Assembly (NCBI GenBank): GCA_050261575.1
Contig: JBLNDL010000096.1
Span: 1 to 64,000 of the forward strand
From: Sphingomonadaceae bacterium
Lineage (GTDB): Bacteria; Chloroflexota; UBA6077
Direction of reading: 5' to 3'
DNA length: 64,000 nucleotides
Below the pieces are notes generated by a model. That model had not been told where the DNA came from. It was given only the letters and a program-made list of their open reading frames with translations, and made no database searches. The stretch's first letter is position 1. Every line of letters begins with the position of its first letter. The position numbers were made by a program, and so were the translations under genes. Below are positions 37,576 to 45,393 of this stretch, piece by piece.

Positions 37576-37618
37576 CGGCAACCGGTTGCCGGAAACCGTT
37601 TGCCATGCTATTCTAGCA
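37576..37618 (-). promoter_or_regulatory. Tandem LacI operators 5 and 6 immediately downstream of an extended -10 of the lacI gene
   Basis: CGGCAACCGGTTGCCG (37576-37591) and GGAAACCGTTTGCC (37591-37604); TGcTAGAAT on the minus strand at 37618-37610. Confidence 0.8.
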
Positions 37619-37723
37619 TTCGCCGCCTCCCGGCGCCACATCCGACTTCCAGGTCCCTGGCATCGAGTCCATGCGTAGCTGCCGGGGGTTGGCGGGCGGC
37701 CGCTCTCGCTTGCCACCCCGCCC

Positions 37724-37751
37724 TTGACAGGATGCAGGGGTAGGCTACCAT
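37724..37751 (+). promoter_or_regulatory. sigma70 promoter for kdgK-eda
   Basis: TTGACA-16 nt-TACCAT. Confidence 0.6.
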
Positions 37752-37884
37752 GTAGTTTATCACCGATGGGCTCACAGCGCCTGAGGGCGGCGAGGTGCGC
37801 GTGGGAGCCCAACCGCGCCGGGAGGTCCGACCTGGCTCCCACAGTCCGTTGCGGCTCTACTCTTTCATACTTGGAGGATGCGTC

Positions 37885-38919
37885 ATGGCTAAGAAGGTGG
37901 TGACCTTTGGGGAGATCATGCTTCGGCTGTCGCCGCCCGGCTTCCAGCGGTTCAGCCAGGCACGCAGCTTCGACGTCGAGTTCGGGGGTGGTGAGGCCAA
38001 CGTCGCCATCTCGCTGGCGCAGTTCGGGGTGCCGGTCGAGTACGTGACGCGGCTGCCGAAGAACGAGATCGCCGACGCCTGCCTGATGACCGTTCGGCGT
38101 TTTGGCGTCGGGGTAGACCACGTGGTGCGCGGGGGCGACAGGATCGGGATCTACTTCCTGGAGAACGGGGCCGTCCAGCGTGGCAGCAAGGTGGTCTACG
38201 ATCGCGCGGGCAGCTCGATCAGCACGATCGAGAAGGGGATGGTGGACTGGAAGGCGGCGTTCGAGGGCGCCGAGTGGTTCCACGTGACGGGGATCACGCC
38301 GGCCATCTCGCGGGGTGCCGCGGAGGCTTCGATCGAGGCGGCGGAGACGGCGAAGGCGATGGGGCTCACCGTGAGCTGCGACCTGAACTACCGGGCGAAG
38401 CTGTGGAAGTGGGGCAAGACTGCCGGCGAGGTGATGGCCGAGCTGGTGCGCTACGCCGACGTGGCCATCGGCAACGAGGAGGACGCGGACAAGGTATTCG
38501 GGATCAAGGCGGTGGACACCGACGTGACGAGCGGGAAGGTGGAGGCGAGCAAGTACGAGTCGGTGTGCGAGCAGCTCGTGCAACGCTTCCCGAACCTGCG
38601 GCGAGTGGCGATCACGCTGCGCGGGTCGAAATCGGCGAGCCACAACACGTGGTCCGGGGTGCTGTACGAGGGCGGGAAGCTGTACACGACGCGGACCTAC
38701 GACATCACCCACATCGTGGACCGTGTTGGTGGTGGTGACAGCTTCGCGGCGGGGCTGATCTATGGCATTCGGAGATACGGGGAGCCGCAGAAGGCGCTGG
38801 ACTTCGCGGTTGCGGCGTCCTGCCTGAAGCACACCATCTTCGGGGACTACAACATCGTCAGCGTGGACGAGGTCGAGAAGCTGATGGGCGGGGACGCCTC
38901 GGGACGCGTATCCCGGTAA
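37885..38919 (+). CDS. kdgK: 2-dehydro-3-deoxygluconokinase (PfkB family)
   Basis: VVTFGEIMLRL, GGGEANVA, YDRAGS, DLNYRAKLW, DRVGGGDSFAAG and C-terminal SGRVSR. Confidence 0.9.
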   Translation: MAKKVVTFGEIMLRLSPPGFQRFSQARSFDVEFGGGEANVAISLAQFGVPVEYVTRLPKNEIADACLMTVRRFGVGVDHVVRGGDRIGIYFLENGAVQRGSKVVYDRAGSSISTIEKGMVDWKAAFEGAEWFHVTGITPAISRGAAEASIEAAETAKAMGLTVSCDLNYRAKLWKWGKTAGEVMAELVRYADVAIGNEEDADKVFGIKAVDTDVTSGKVEASKYESVCEQLVQRFPNLRRVAITLRGSKSASHNTWSGVLYEGGKLYTTRTYDITHIVDRVGGGDSFAAGLIYGIRRYGEPQKALDFAVAASCLKHTIFGDYNIVSVDEVEKLMGGDASGRVSR

Positions 38920-38975
38920 GGACTGAGCTGTGAGGACTGAGGACTGAGGGAGCCAGATTCGGTCCTCAGTCCTTC
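38920..38975. repeat. Heptamer (GGACTGA) short tandem repeats with inverted copies
   Basis: GGACTGA GCTGTGA GGACTGA GGACTGA ... GTCCTCA GTCCTTC. Confidence 0.7.
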
Positions 38976-39014
38976 GTATCCATCCACAGAAGAAGACAGG
39001 GGGAGAAAGGAAAG

Positions 39015-40037
39015 ATGGCTCGCTTCAGTCGGCTGGACGTACTGAACAAGATGCTCGCGATCGGCGTGGTGCCGGTCTTCTACCACCAGGACGTGGAGGT
39101 GGCGAAGCAGATCGTCGCCGCCTGCTCGGGAGGTGGTGCCAAGGTGATTGAGTTCACCAACCGAGGGGACGGGGCGTACGAGGTGTTCAGCGAGCTGGTG
39201 AGGCACTTCGCGAAGGCGGATCCGACGGTGGTGCTGGGTGTGGGGTCCGTGATCGATGCGCCGACGGCTGCGCTGTACATTGGGTCGGGGGCGAACTTCG
39301 TGGTGGGGCCGACGCTGGTCCCCGAGGTGGCGAGGCTGTGCAACCGGCGGAAGGTGCCCTACTCGCCTGGGTGCGGGAGCGCGAGCGAGATCAGCGAGGC
39401 CGAGGAACTGGGCGTGGAGATCGTCAAGGTGTTCCCCGGTGGTGAGGTAGGGGGACCGGCCTTCGTGAAGGCGGTGCTGGCGCCTATGCCCTGGACGCGG
39501 ATCATGCCGACTGGCGGAGTGCAGGCGACCGAGGAGAGCGTGACGGCGTGGATCAAGGCCGGGGTGGCCTGCCTTGGGATGGGGTCTGACCTGATTAAGA
39601 AGGATCTGGTGGCAGCCGGGGACTTCGAGGCCATCAAGGCGAAGGTGTCGCAGGTGGTCGGCTGGGTGCAGAAGGCGCGAGGCAAGCCGCTGTACGAGGC
39701 GATCGAGCACGTGGGGGTGTACCCTGCGGATCGAGAGGGCTCGGACGTGATAGCCGAGTGGTACAGCAAGGCCTTCGGGTGGCCGATCACGAGGGCCGGG
39801 AGCACGGGCTACTTTGCCAACGAGGGTCGCATGGGGTGGATCGAGGCGATGGCGAAGCCCGCTGGGGAGAAGACGCACATCGGGGTGAAGGTGTCGAACT
39901 TCGAGGCGGCGATGGAGGATCTGAAGGCTCGCGGGTTCGAGCTGGAGACGCCGAGGATCGAGGCCACCTACAAGCTGGTGTACCTGAAGCAGCGAGACCC
40001 CGGAGGCAACCTGGTCCACATCGTCTGGCGGCCGTAG
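39015..40037 (+). CDS. eda: KDPG/KHG aldolase fused to a C-terminal VOC (glyoxalase-like) domain
   Basis: IEFTNRG, GVGSVID, VKVFPG and IMPTGGV, followed by IEHVGVY...THIGVKV...RDPGGNLVHIV. Confidence 0.88.
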   Translation: MARFSRLDVLNKMLAIGVVPVFYHQDVEVAKQIVAACSGGGAKVIEFTNRGDGAYEVFSELVRHFAKADPTVVLGVGSVIDAPTAALYIGSGANFVVGPTLVPEVARLCNRRKVPYSPGCGSASEISEAEELGVEIVKVFPGGEVGGPAFVKAVLAPMPWTRIMPTGGVQATEESVTAWIKAGVACLGMGSDLIKKDLVAAGDFEAIKAKVSQVVGWVQKARGKPLYEAIEHVGVYPADREGSDVIAEWYSKAFGWPITRAGSTGYFANEGRMGWIEAMAKPAGEKTHIGVKVSNFEAAMEDLKARGFELETPRIEATYKLVYLKQRDPGGNLVHIVWRP

Positions 40038-40051
40038 CGGGCGAGGACACG

Positions 40052-40097
40052 GAGACGGGGGGCGCGGAGTTGCTTACAGCTCTGCGCCCCCCGTCTC
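40052..40097. terminator. GC-rich hairpin between convergent eda and trxB
   Basis: GAGACGGGGGGCGCGGAG ... CTCTGCGCCCCCCGTCTC. Confidence 0.65.
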
Positions 40098-40113
40098 TGC
40101 GCGACTACGTCTC

Positions 40114-41052
40114 CTATGGGTAGGTCTCCGACACCTCGTCCGGCAGGCTCTCGACGAAGTGCTGGGCCGCGATGGCGGCGGTGGTGCCGTCGCCGACGGC
40201 GGTGGTGATCTGGCGGGTGAGCTGCGACCGGAGATCGCCTGCAGCGTAGATCCCCTTTACCGAGGTCTCCATGTTGGGGCTGGTCAGGACGTAGCCGTAC
40301 TTGTCGTGGTCGACGTGGCCGCAGAAAAGTTGGGTGTTGGGCACGAAGCCCGCGAAGACGAAGACCCCCGCGGCGTCCAGCCTCTCCTCCCTTCCGTCCC
40401 TTTCGACGGTGATGTACTCCACCTGGTTGGTGCCGTGGATCGCCTTCACCACTGTGTTCAAGAGGATGCGGATCTTTCGGTTCTCCCTCGCCCTCTCCAC
40501 CAGAGTCGGCTGAGCGCGGAACTGGGCCCTTCGATGGATCAGGTACACCTTGCTGGCGTAGCGGGTGAGGAAGACGCTCTCCTCCATCGCCGCGTCGCCA
40601 CCCCCGACCACGGCCACCACCTGGTCCTGGAAGAAGGCCCCATCGCAGATGGCGCAGTAGGAGACACCGCGTCCCGTGAGTTCCGCCTCACCCGGGACCC
40701 CCAGCTTGCGGGGCTCGCCTCCAGCGCAGACGATGACCGCCCTTGCCAGGTACCCCCGCCCGCTCTCGGTCTCCACAAGCTTCTGGTTGCCCTTCGGCCG
40801 CACGCAGGTGACTGCGTCGATCTCGATACGCAGCCCCAGCTTCCGCACCTGCTGCTCCATTCTATGCGCCAATTCGGCGCCGGAGATGCTCTCGAACCCG
40901 GGGTAATCCTCCACCCTTTCGGTGTTGAGAAGCTGTCCTCCCGGCCACTTCTTCTCAATGAGCACGGCATTCAGTTTGGCTCTAGAGGCGTAGAGGCCCG
41001 CGGTGAGGCCCGCCGGACCGCCCCCCACGATCACCACGTCGTACTCATCCAT
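40114..41052 (-). CDS. trxB: Thioredoxin-disulfide reductase
   Basis: GGGPAGLTAG, GVSYCAICDG, GGGDAAMEE, HRR and GIYAAGD. Confidence 0.93.
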   Translation of the reverse strand: MDEYDVVIVGGGPAGLTAGLYASRAKLNAVLIEKKWPGGQLLNTERVEDYPGFESISGAELAHRMEQQVRKLGLRIEIDAVTCVRPKGNQKLVETESGRGYLARAVIVCAGGEPRKLGVPGEAELTGRGVSYCAICDGAFFQDQVVAVVGGGDAAMEESVFLTRYASKVYLIHRRAQFRAQPTLVERARENRKIRILLNTVVKAIHGTNQVEYITVERDGREERLDAAGVFVFAGFVPNTQLFCGHVDHDKYGYVLTSPNMETSVKGIYAAGDLRSQLTRQITTAVGDGTTAAIAAQHFVESLPDEVSETYP

Positions 41053-41264
41053 TGCGGTCAAGACCTCCACCGCGAGACTGCTTTCACCTCGAGTAGCTGC
41101 ACCCCTTGTGCCAGTCCGACAACCACCAAAGCAGAAAGACACGAAGGTACGCCGAGGCCGTTACAGGCTCTCTCTTCGTGTCCTTCGTGTCTTCGTGGTT
41201 AGGTTCTCGGATGGGTTCTGAGCCAGATCCCCTTCGACGCATCCGGCTATCGCCGGGTGCTAGC

Positions 41265-42401
41265 TCACCTCCCGGCCGGCTCGGGTTCCTGTTCTCCCGA
41301 TGGGCGCTCTGCACCGAGTACACTGATCCTGGCGGCCAGCCTCCCGGCGATCTCGCGGAGGGACTCGGACGCTGGCGAGTGGGGATCGACGATCAAGATG
41401 GGCTCGCCCAGGTCGCCCCCGGCCCGCACCTTCGGATCCAGGGGCAGCTCGCCCAGCAGCGGGACCCCGTTCTCCTCGGCCATCCTGCGCGCTCCACCCT
41501 CGCCGAAGATGCTCGTCCGCTCGTTGCAGTGGGAACAGACGAAGTAGCTCATGTTCTCCACGATCCCGAGGATCGGCACGTTGAGCCGCCGGAACATGGA
41601 GAGGGCCTTGAGGGCGTCCGCAACTGCCACCTGCTGGGGGGTGACCACCACGACGAGGCCGCTCAATGGGATAGCCTGGGCGAGGGTGAGGGAGGCGTCG
41701 CCCGTCCCCGGGGGGAGGTCCACCACCAGGTAATCCAGCTCGCCCCACTCCACGTCGGTGAGCAACTGCTCCACCATCTTGCCCACCATCGGACCTCGCC
41801 AGATCACCGGGGTGCTCTCGTCCACGAAGAAGCCCATGGAGATCATCTTCACACCGTGGCTGAGGGCGGGGATGATCCTGTCGCCGTTGTGCTGAGGAGG
41901 GGACTGAACGCCCATCATCTGTGGGATGTTCGGACCCCAGATGTCCGCGTCCAGGAGGCCGACCCTGGCACCGCTCTCTGCGAGGGCCAGGGCGAGCCCG
42001 ACGGAGATGGTGGACTTGCCCACTCCCCCTTTGCCGCTTCCGACCGCGATCACGTTGCGAACCTCCGGGATCACCGCCTTTTGCCGGTGCGGTGCGCGGA
42101 CGCGGGAGGCGAGCCTGATACTGACCTCCTGCACCCCCGGGAGCTTCATGACGGCCTCCCGGGCCTCTCGCTCGATCTGGCCTCTGAGAGGGCAGGCCGG
42201 GGTGGTGAGAACGACGGAGAAGCTGACCTTCGAGCCCTCTATCTGGATCTCCTCTACCATGCCCAGGCTGACCAGGTCGCGACGCAACTCGGGGTCCTGG
42301 ACGGTGCTGAGGGCCTTGAGCACGTCCTCTCGGGTGATTGCCTTCTTGCCGAACAACACTGAACGCTCCTCCTCGATGCCTTGGGGCGGCCGATTCGACA
42401 C
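41265..42401 (-). CDS. mrp: Mrp/ApbC/NBP35 Fe-S cluster carrier ATPase with N-terminal DUF59-like domain
   Basis: VQDPEL...TTPACPL, GSGKGGVGKST, WRGPM, DLPPGTGD and ENMSYFVCSHC. Confidence 0.93.
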   Translation of the reverse strand: MSNRPPQGIEEERSVLFGKKAITREDVLKALSTVQDPELRRDLVSLGMVEEIQIEGSKVSFSVVLTTPACPLRGQIEREAREAVMKLPGVQEVSIRLASRVRAPHRQKAVIPEVRNVIAVGSGKGGVGKSTISVGLALALAESGARVGLLDADIWGPNIPQMMGVQSPPQHNGDRIIPALSHGVKMISMGFFVDESTPVIWRGPMVGKMVEQLLTDVEWGELDYLVVDLPPGTGDASLTLAQAIPLSGLVVVVTPQQVAVADALKALSMFRRLNVPILGIVENMSYFVCSHCNERTSIFGEGGARRMAEENGVPLLGELPLDPKVRAGGDLGEPILIVDPHSPASESLREIAGRLAARISVLGAERPSGEQEPEPAGR

Positions 42402-42587
42402 ATTCTACCTCCATCGGGGGAGTTGTGCAATTGGCTAGCATAAAAATGGAAAATAGCGCGCTACGAGGCAAGGATAAAGCTATAGCAACTATCTCTACTG
42501 TCCATTAGTCAAGCGTTATGTTATGATCGGGATACAACGTGGCGCGGCCGGGATGCCGCGCGCCCGGCGGTCTGGGAGGATGGACCG

Positions 42588-43223
42588 GTGGAGGGGACGG
42601 CAACGATGCAGTCGACCCGATGGGAGATACTCCAGCTCCTGAAGAAGCGTGGTAGGGCCACGGTGGACGAACTGTCCCGGGCCCTAGGCCTGACCCTGAT
42701 GGGAGTCCGCCTCCACCTGGTGGTGCTGGACCGCGACGGCTACGTTCGCCGGAGCACGGTGCGGGAGAAGCCCGGCCGGCCAGCCCTCGTCTACTCCCTC
42801 ACGCAGAAGGCGGAGGAGCTCTTCCCCAAGCGGTACGATCTCCTGGCCGAGAAGCTGCTGGAGGCGCTGCATCTGGAGTGCGACGAATCATTTGCGGCCG
42901 TTCTCGTGAGGGCCGCCCGCTCCATGGCGGCCCCGCTGGCCGGGCAGATGGCGGGGGCACCGCTGGCCCAGCGGGTGGAGGAGATAGGGCGAGTCCTGGA
43001 TGGGGCCGGATCATTCGCCTGTTGGGAGAAGGTGGAAGGCGGCTACCTCCTCCACAGCCACAACTGCCTGTTCTACTCCGTGGCACAGCGGAATCGCGAG
43101 GTGTGCTCCATCGACGAGGTCTTCCTCGGGGAGATCCTCGGGGGAGAGGTCACGCGGACGGAGTGCCTGCTGGACGGCTCCCTGCGATGCAGCTTCTTCG
43201 TGCCCGAGACCGCCCAGGAATAG
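42588..43223 (+). CDS. SufR-like ArsR/DeoR HTH regulator with Cys-containing C-terminal domain (copy 1; start may be ATG 42606)
   Basis: TRWEILQLLK, VRLHL, PGRP..YSLT...FP..Y and HNC...EVC...RC. Confidence 0.82.
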   Translation: MEGTATMQSTRWEILQLLKKRGRATVDELSRALGLTLMGVRLHLVVLDRDGYVRRSTVREKPGRPALVYSLTQKAEELFPKRYDLLAEKLLEALHLECDESFAAVLVRAARSMAAPLAGQMAGAPLAQRVEEIGRVLDGAGSFACWEKVEGGYLLHSHNCLFYSVAQRNREVCSIDEVFLGEILGGEVTRTECLLDGSLRCSFFVPETAQE

Positions 43224-43348
43224 CAGACCTCGACCGATCCGCGGATGTCGCGGGCGGACGCAGACGAACGCCCTCCGGACGCGCACCTGCGTGCATCTGT
43301 GCGCATCTGCGGGTCGGCTCTGTTCGAAGTTGCAGAGGGGTGTCGACC

Positions 43349-44398
43349 ATGAGGCGAGAGGCGATCCTCTACGAACGGTTGGGCGGCGACGCGGTCCGAT
43401 GCCACGTGTGCCAATGGAACTGCCGCATCGCGGAAGGGAGACTTGGGATCTGCCGAACCCGCTTGAACGAGCGGGGCACCCTCTACACCCTCCTGTACGA
43501 AGAAGCCTCCTCCATCAACGTCGATCCCATCGAGAAGAAGCCCCTCTTCCACTTCTTTCCCACCAGCAGGGTCTTCTCTCTGGGCACGTGGGGCTGCAAC
43601 TTCCACTGCAAGCACTGCCAGAACTGGCAGATCTCCTACGCCCGCCCCTCTGACGGGGGATGGGTAGCTCGTGGTGCCCACCAGGAGAGAGGCCAACGGA
43701 TCACTCCGGCGGAGACGGTGGAGCTCGCCCGCCGGAATCGCTGTGCCGGCATCGCCTGGACCTACAACGAGCCGGGCATCTGGCTGGAGCAGACCGTGGA
43801 ATCGGCCAGGCTGGCCAGGGAGGAGGGCCTCTACACCGTCTACGTCACCAACGGGTACCTCACCGAGGCGGCGCTGGATGTGGTAGGGCCCCACCTGGAC
43901 GGCTACCGAGTCGACATAAAGGGCTTCAGCGACGCCGTGTACCGGGGGCTGGCCGGCGTGCCTGAGTGGAAGGGGATCCTGAGGGTGGCGGAGCGGGCCC
44001 GCCACCACTGGGGGATGCACCTGGAGGTGGTGACCAACGTGGTGCCCACCCTGAACGACGACTCCGCACAACTCTCAGCCATCGCTCGATGGATAGCCGG
44101 ATGCTTGGGGCCGGAGACTCCCTGGCACGTCACCCGCTTCTTCCCGCACGCCGACATGAGTCACCTGCCGCCCACGTCTGTCGCCAGCCTCCTGCGAGCC
44201 AGGGAGATCGGGCTAGAGGCAGGACTCTCCTTCGTCTACGTGGGCAATCTGCCCGGGACCGACGCCGAGAACACCCTGTGTCCCGGTTGTGGGGAACTGG
44301 CTATCCGACGCAGCGGTTACCGGACGGAGTTGGTGGGGGTGGCTCCGGGCGGCAGGTGCCGCCGCTGCGGCGCTGACCTGAACCTGCGGGGATGCTGA
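43349..44398 (+). CDS. AmmeMemoRadiSam system radical SAM enzyme
   Basis: CHVCQWNC, VDPIEKKPLFHFFP, GCNFHCKHCQNWQIS, WTYNEP, PWHVTRFFP and terminal CxxC pairs. Confidence 0.9.
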   Translation: MRREAILYERLGGDAVRCHVCQWNCRIAEGRLGICRTRLNERGTLYTLLYEEASSINVDPIEKKPLFHFFPTSRVFSLGTWGCNFHCKHCQNWQISYARPSDGGWVARGAHQERGQRITPAETVELARRNRCAGIAWTYNEPGIWLEQTVESARLAREEGLYTVYVTNGYLTEAALDVVGPHLDGYRVDIKGFSDAVYRGLAGVPEWKGILRVAERARHHWGMHLEVVTNVVPTLNDDSAQLSAIARWIAGCLGPETPWHVTRFFPHADMSHLPPTSVASLLRAREIGLEAGLSFVYVGNLPGTDAENTLCPGCGELAIRRSGYRTELVGVAPGGRCRRCGADLNLRGC

Positions 44399-44493
44399 GG
44401 CTGGGGGCATGGCTCTTGCCCCTCGAGTGCCGATGAACCGGACGGGTGCGACGGATGGATCGTCCGATGCCGGTCCGAGGAGGTGTCGCTGGC

Positions 44494-45156
44494 ATGCCCG
44501 AAGTGAGCATCCCTCTCCGCATTCCGAACTCCCGGGGGTTCCGGCTGGCGGCCGACCTGCTGTTGCCATCGGGTCCCGGCCCCTTCCCCGCGGTCGTCTG
44601 CACCCACGACCCGCTGGTCGACCGAACCAGCCCTCTCAACCGGCTCCTGGCGGACATGCTGGTTGGGGAGGGGATCGCCGTTCTGCTGCTGGATCTGACG
44701 GGCCAGGGGGAGAGCGAAGGGATGCCAGAGGACGGCACTCCGGAGCAGCAGATGGAGGACGTGGGCGCGGCCCTGGACGAGCTGGCACGAAGGCCGGATG
44801 TGGATGTGAGGAGGATCGGGGCCTTCGGTGGCGGCGGCGGTGCCCTCGCAGTGGCCCTTCGGGCGGAGCGAGACCCTCGCTTAAGGGCACTGGTGCTCCA
44901 GAGTCCCAGGTCGGATGAGCTGTTCGACGCCATCCGCAGGACGGCGCTGCCGACCCTGTTGCTGGTGGGGATCGAAGACCGCAAGGCGCTCGAGGACTCG
45001 ATCGCGCTGGACGAGGCCCTGGTCGGGGAGAAGAGGTCGACGGTGGTGCCGGGCATGGAACCCCTCCGGGGAGACCCTGCGTTACTGCGGCAGGTGGCGA
45101 TCCCAGCGGTTGACTGGTTCAAGCAGCACCTGCAGCCAAACCCTTCGGATACGTGA
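44494..45156 (+). CDS. Alpha/beta-hydrolase fold protein, apparently lacking catalytic Ser/His
   Basis: GPFPAVV, LDLTGQGESEG and PTLLLVG; nucleophile elbow reads GAFGGGGG; GGAGGTG RBS before ATG 44494. Confidence 0.75.
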   Translation: MPEVSIPLRIPNSRGFRLAADLLLPSGPGPFPAVVCTHDPLVDRTSPLNRLLADMLVGEGIAVLLLDLTGQGESEGMPEDGTPEQQMEDVGAALDELARRPDVDVRRIGAFGGGGGALAVALRAERDPRLRALVLQSPRSDELFDAIRRTALPTLLLVGIEDRKALEDSIALDEALVGEKRSTVVPGMEPLRGDPALLRQVAIPAVDWFKQHLQPNPSDT

Positions 45157-45393
45157 TGCACACCGGCGCACAGCGCAAACAGACGCCCCTGGCGGTCTTA
45201 GGGGCGGATACGCAGGTCCGTCCACCGGGGGTGCAGGTGGCGCGGGCGCACACGCGCCCCCGCGGGAATAGCCAGAAGGTCGTGTTGCCCTGGCTCCGTG
45301 GGTGCTGGTACAGTCTAGCCAAGTCTTATGGATCGTGGACGGGCAGGCTGCCGCGGTCCTCTACCCTGCCGCATTTCACCCTTGGGAGGGCGT

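Noticed and set aside
12900..37700. Catabolic island as a mobile element
   Set aside because: Parts look slightly less GC-rich by eye, but no integrase, transposase, tRNA or flanking direct repeats were seen and composition was not computed.
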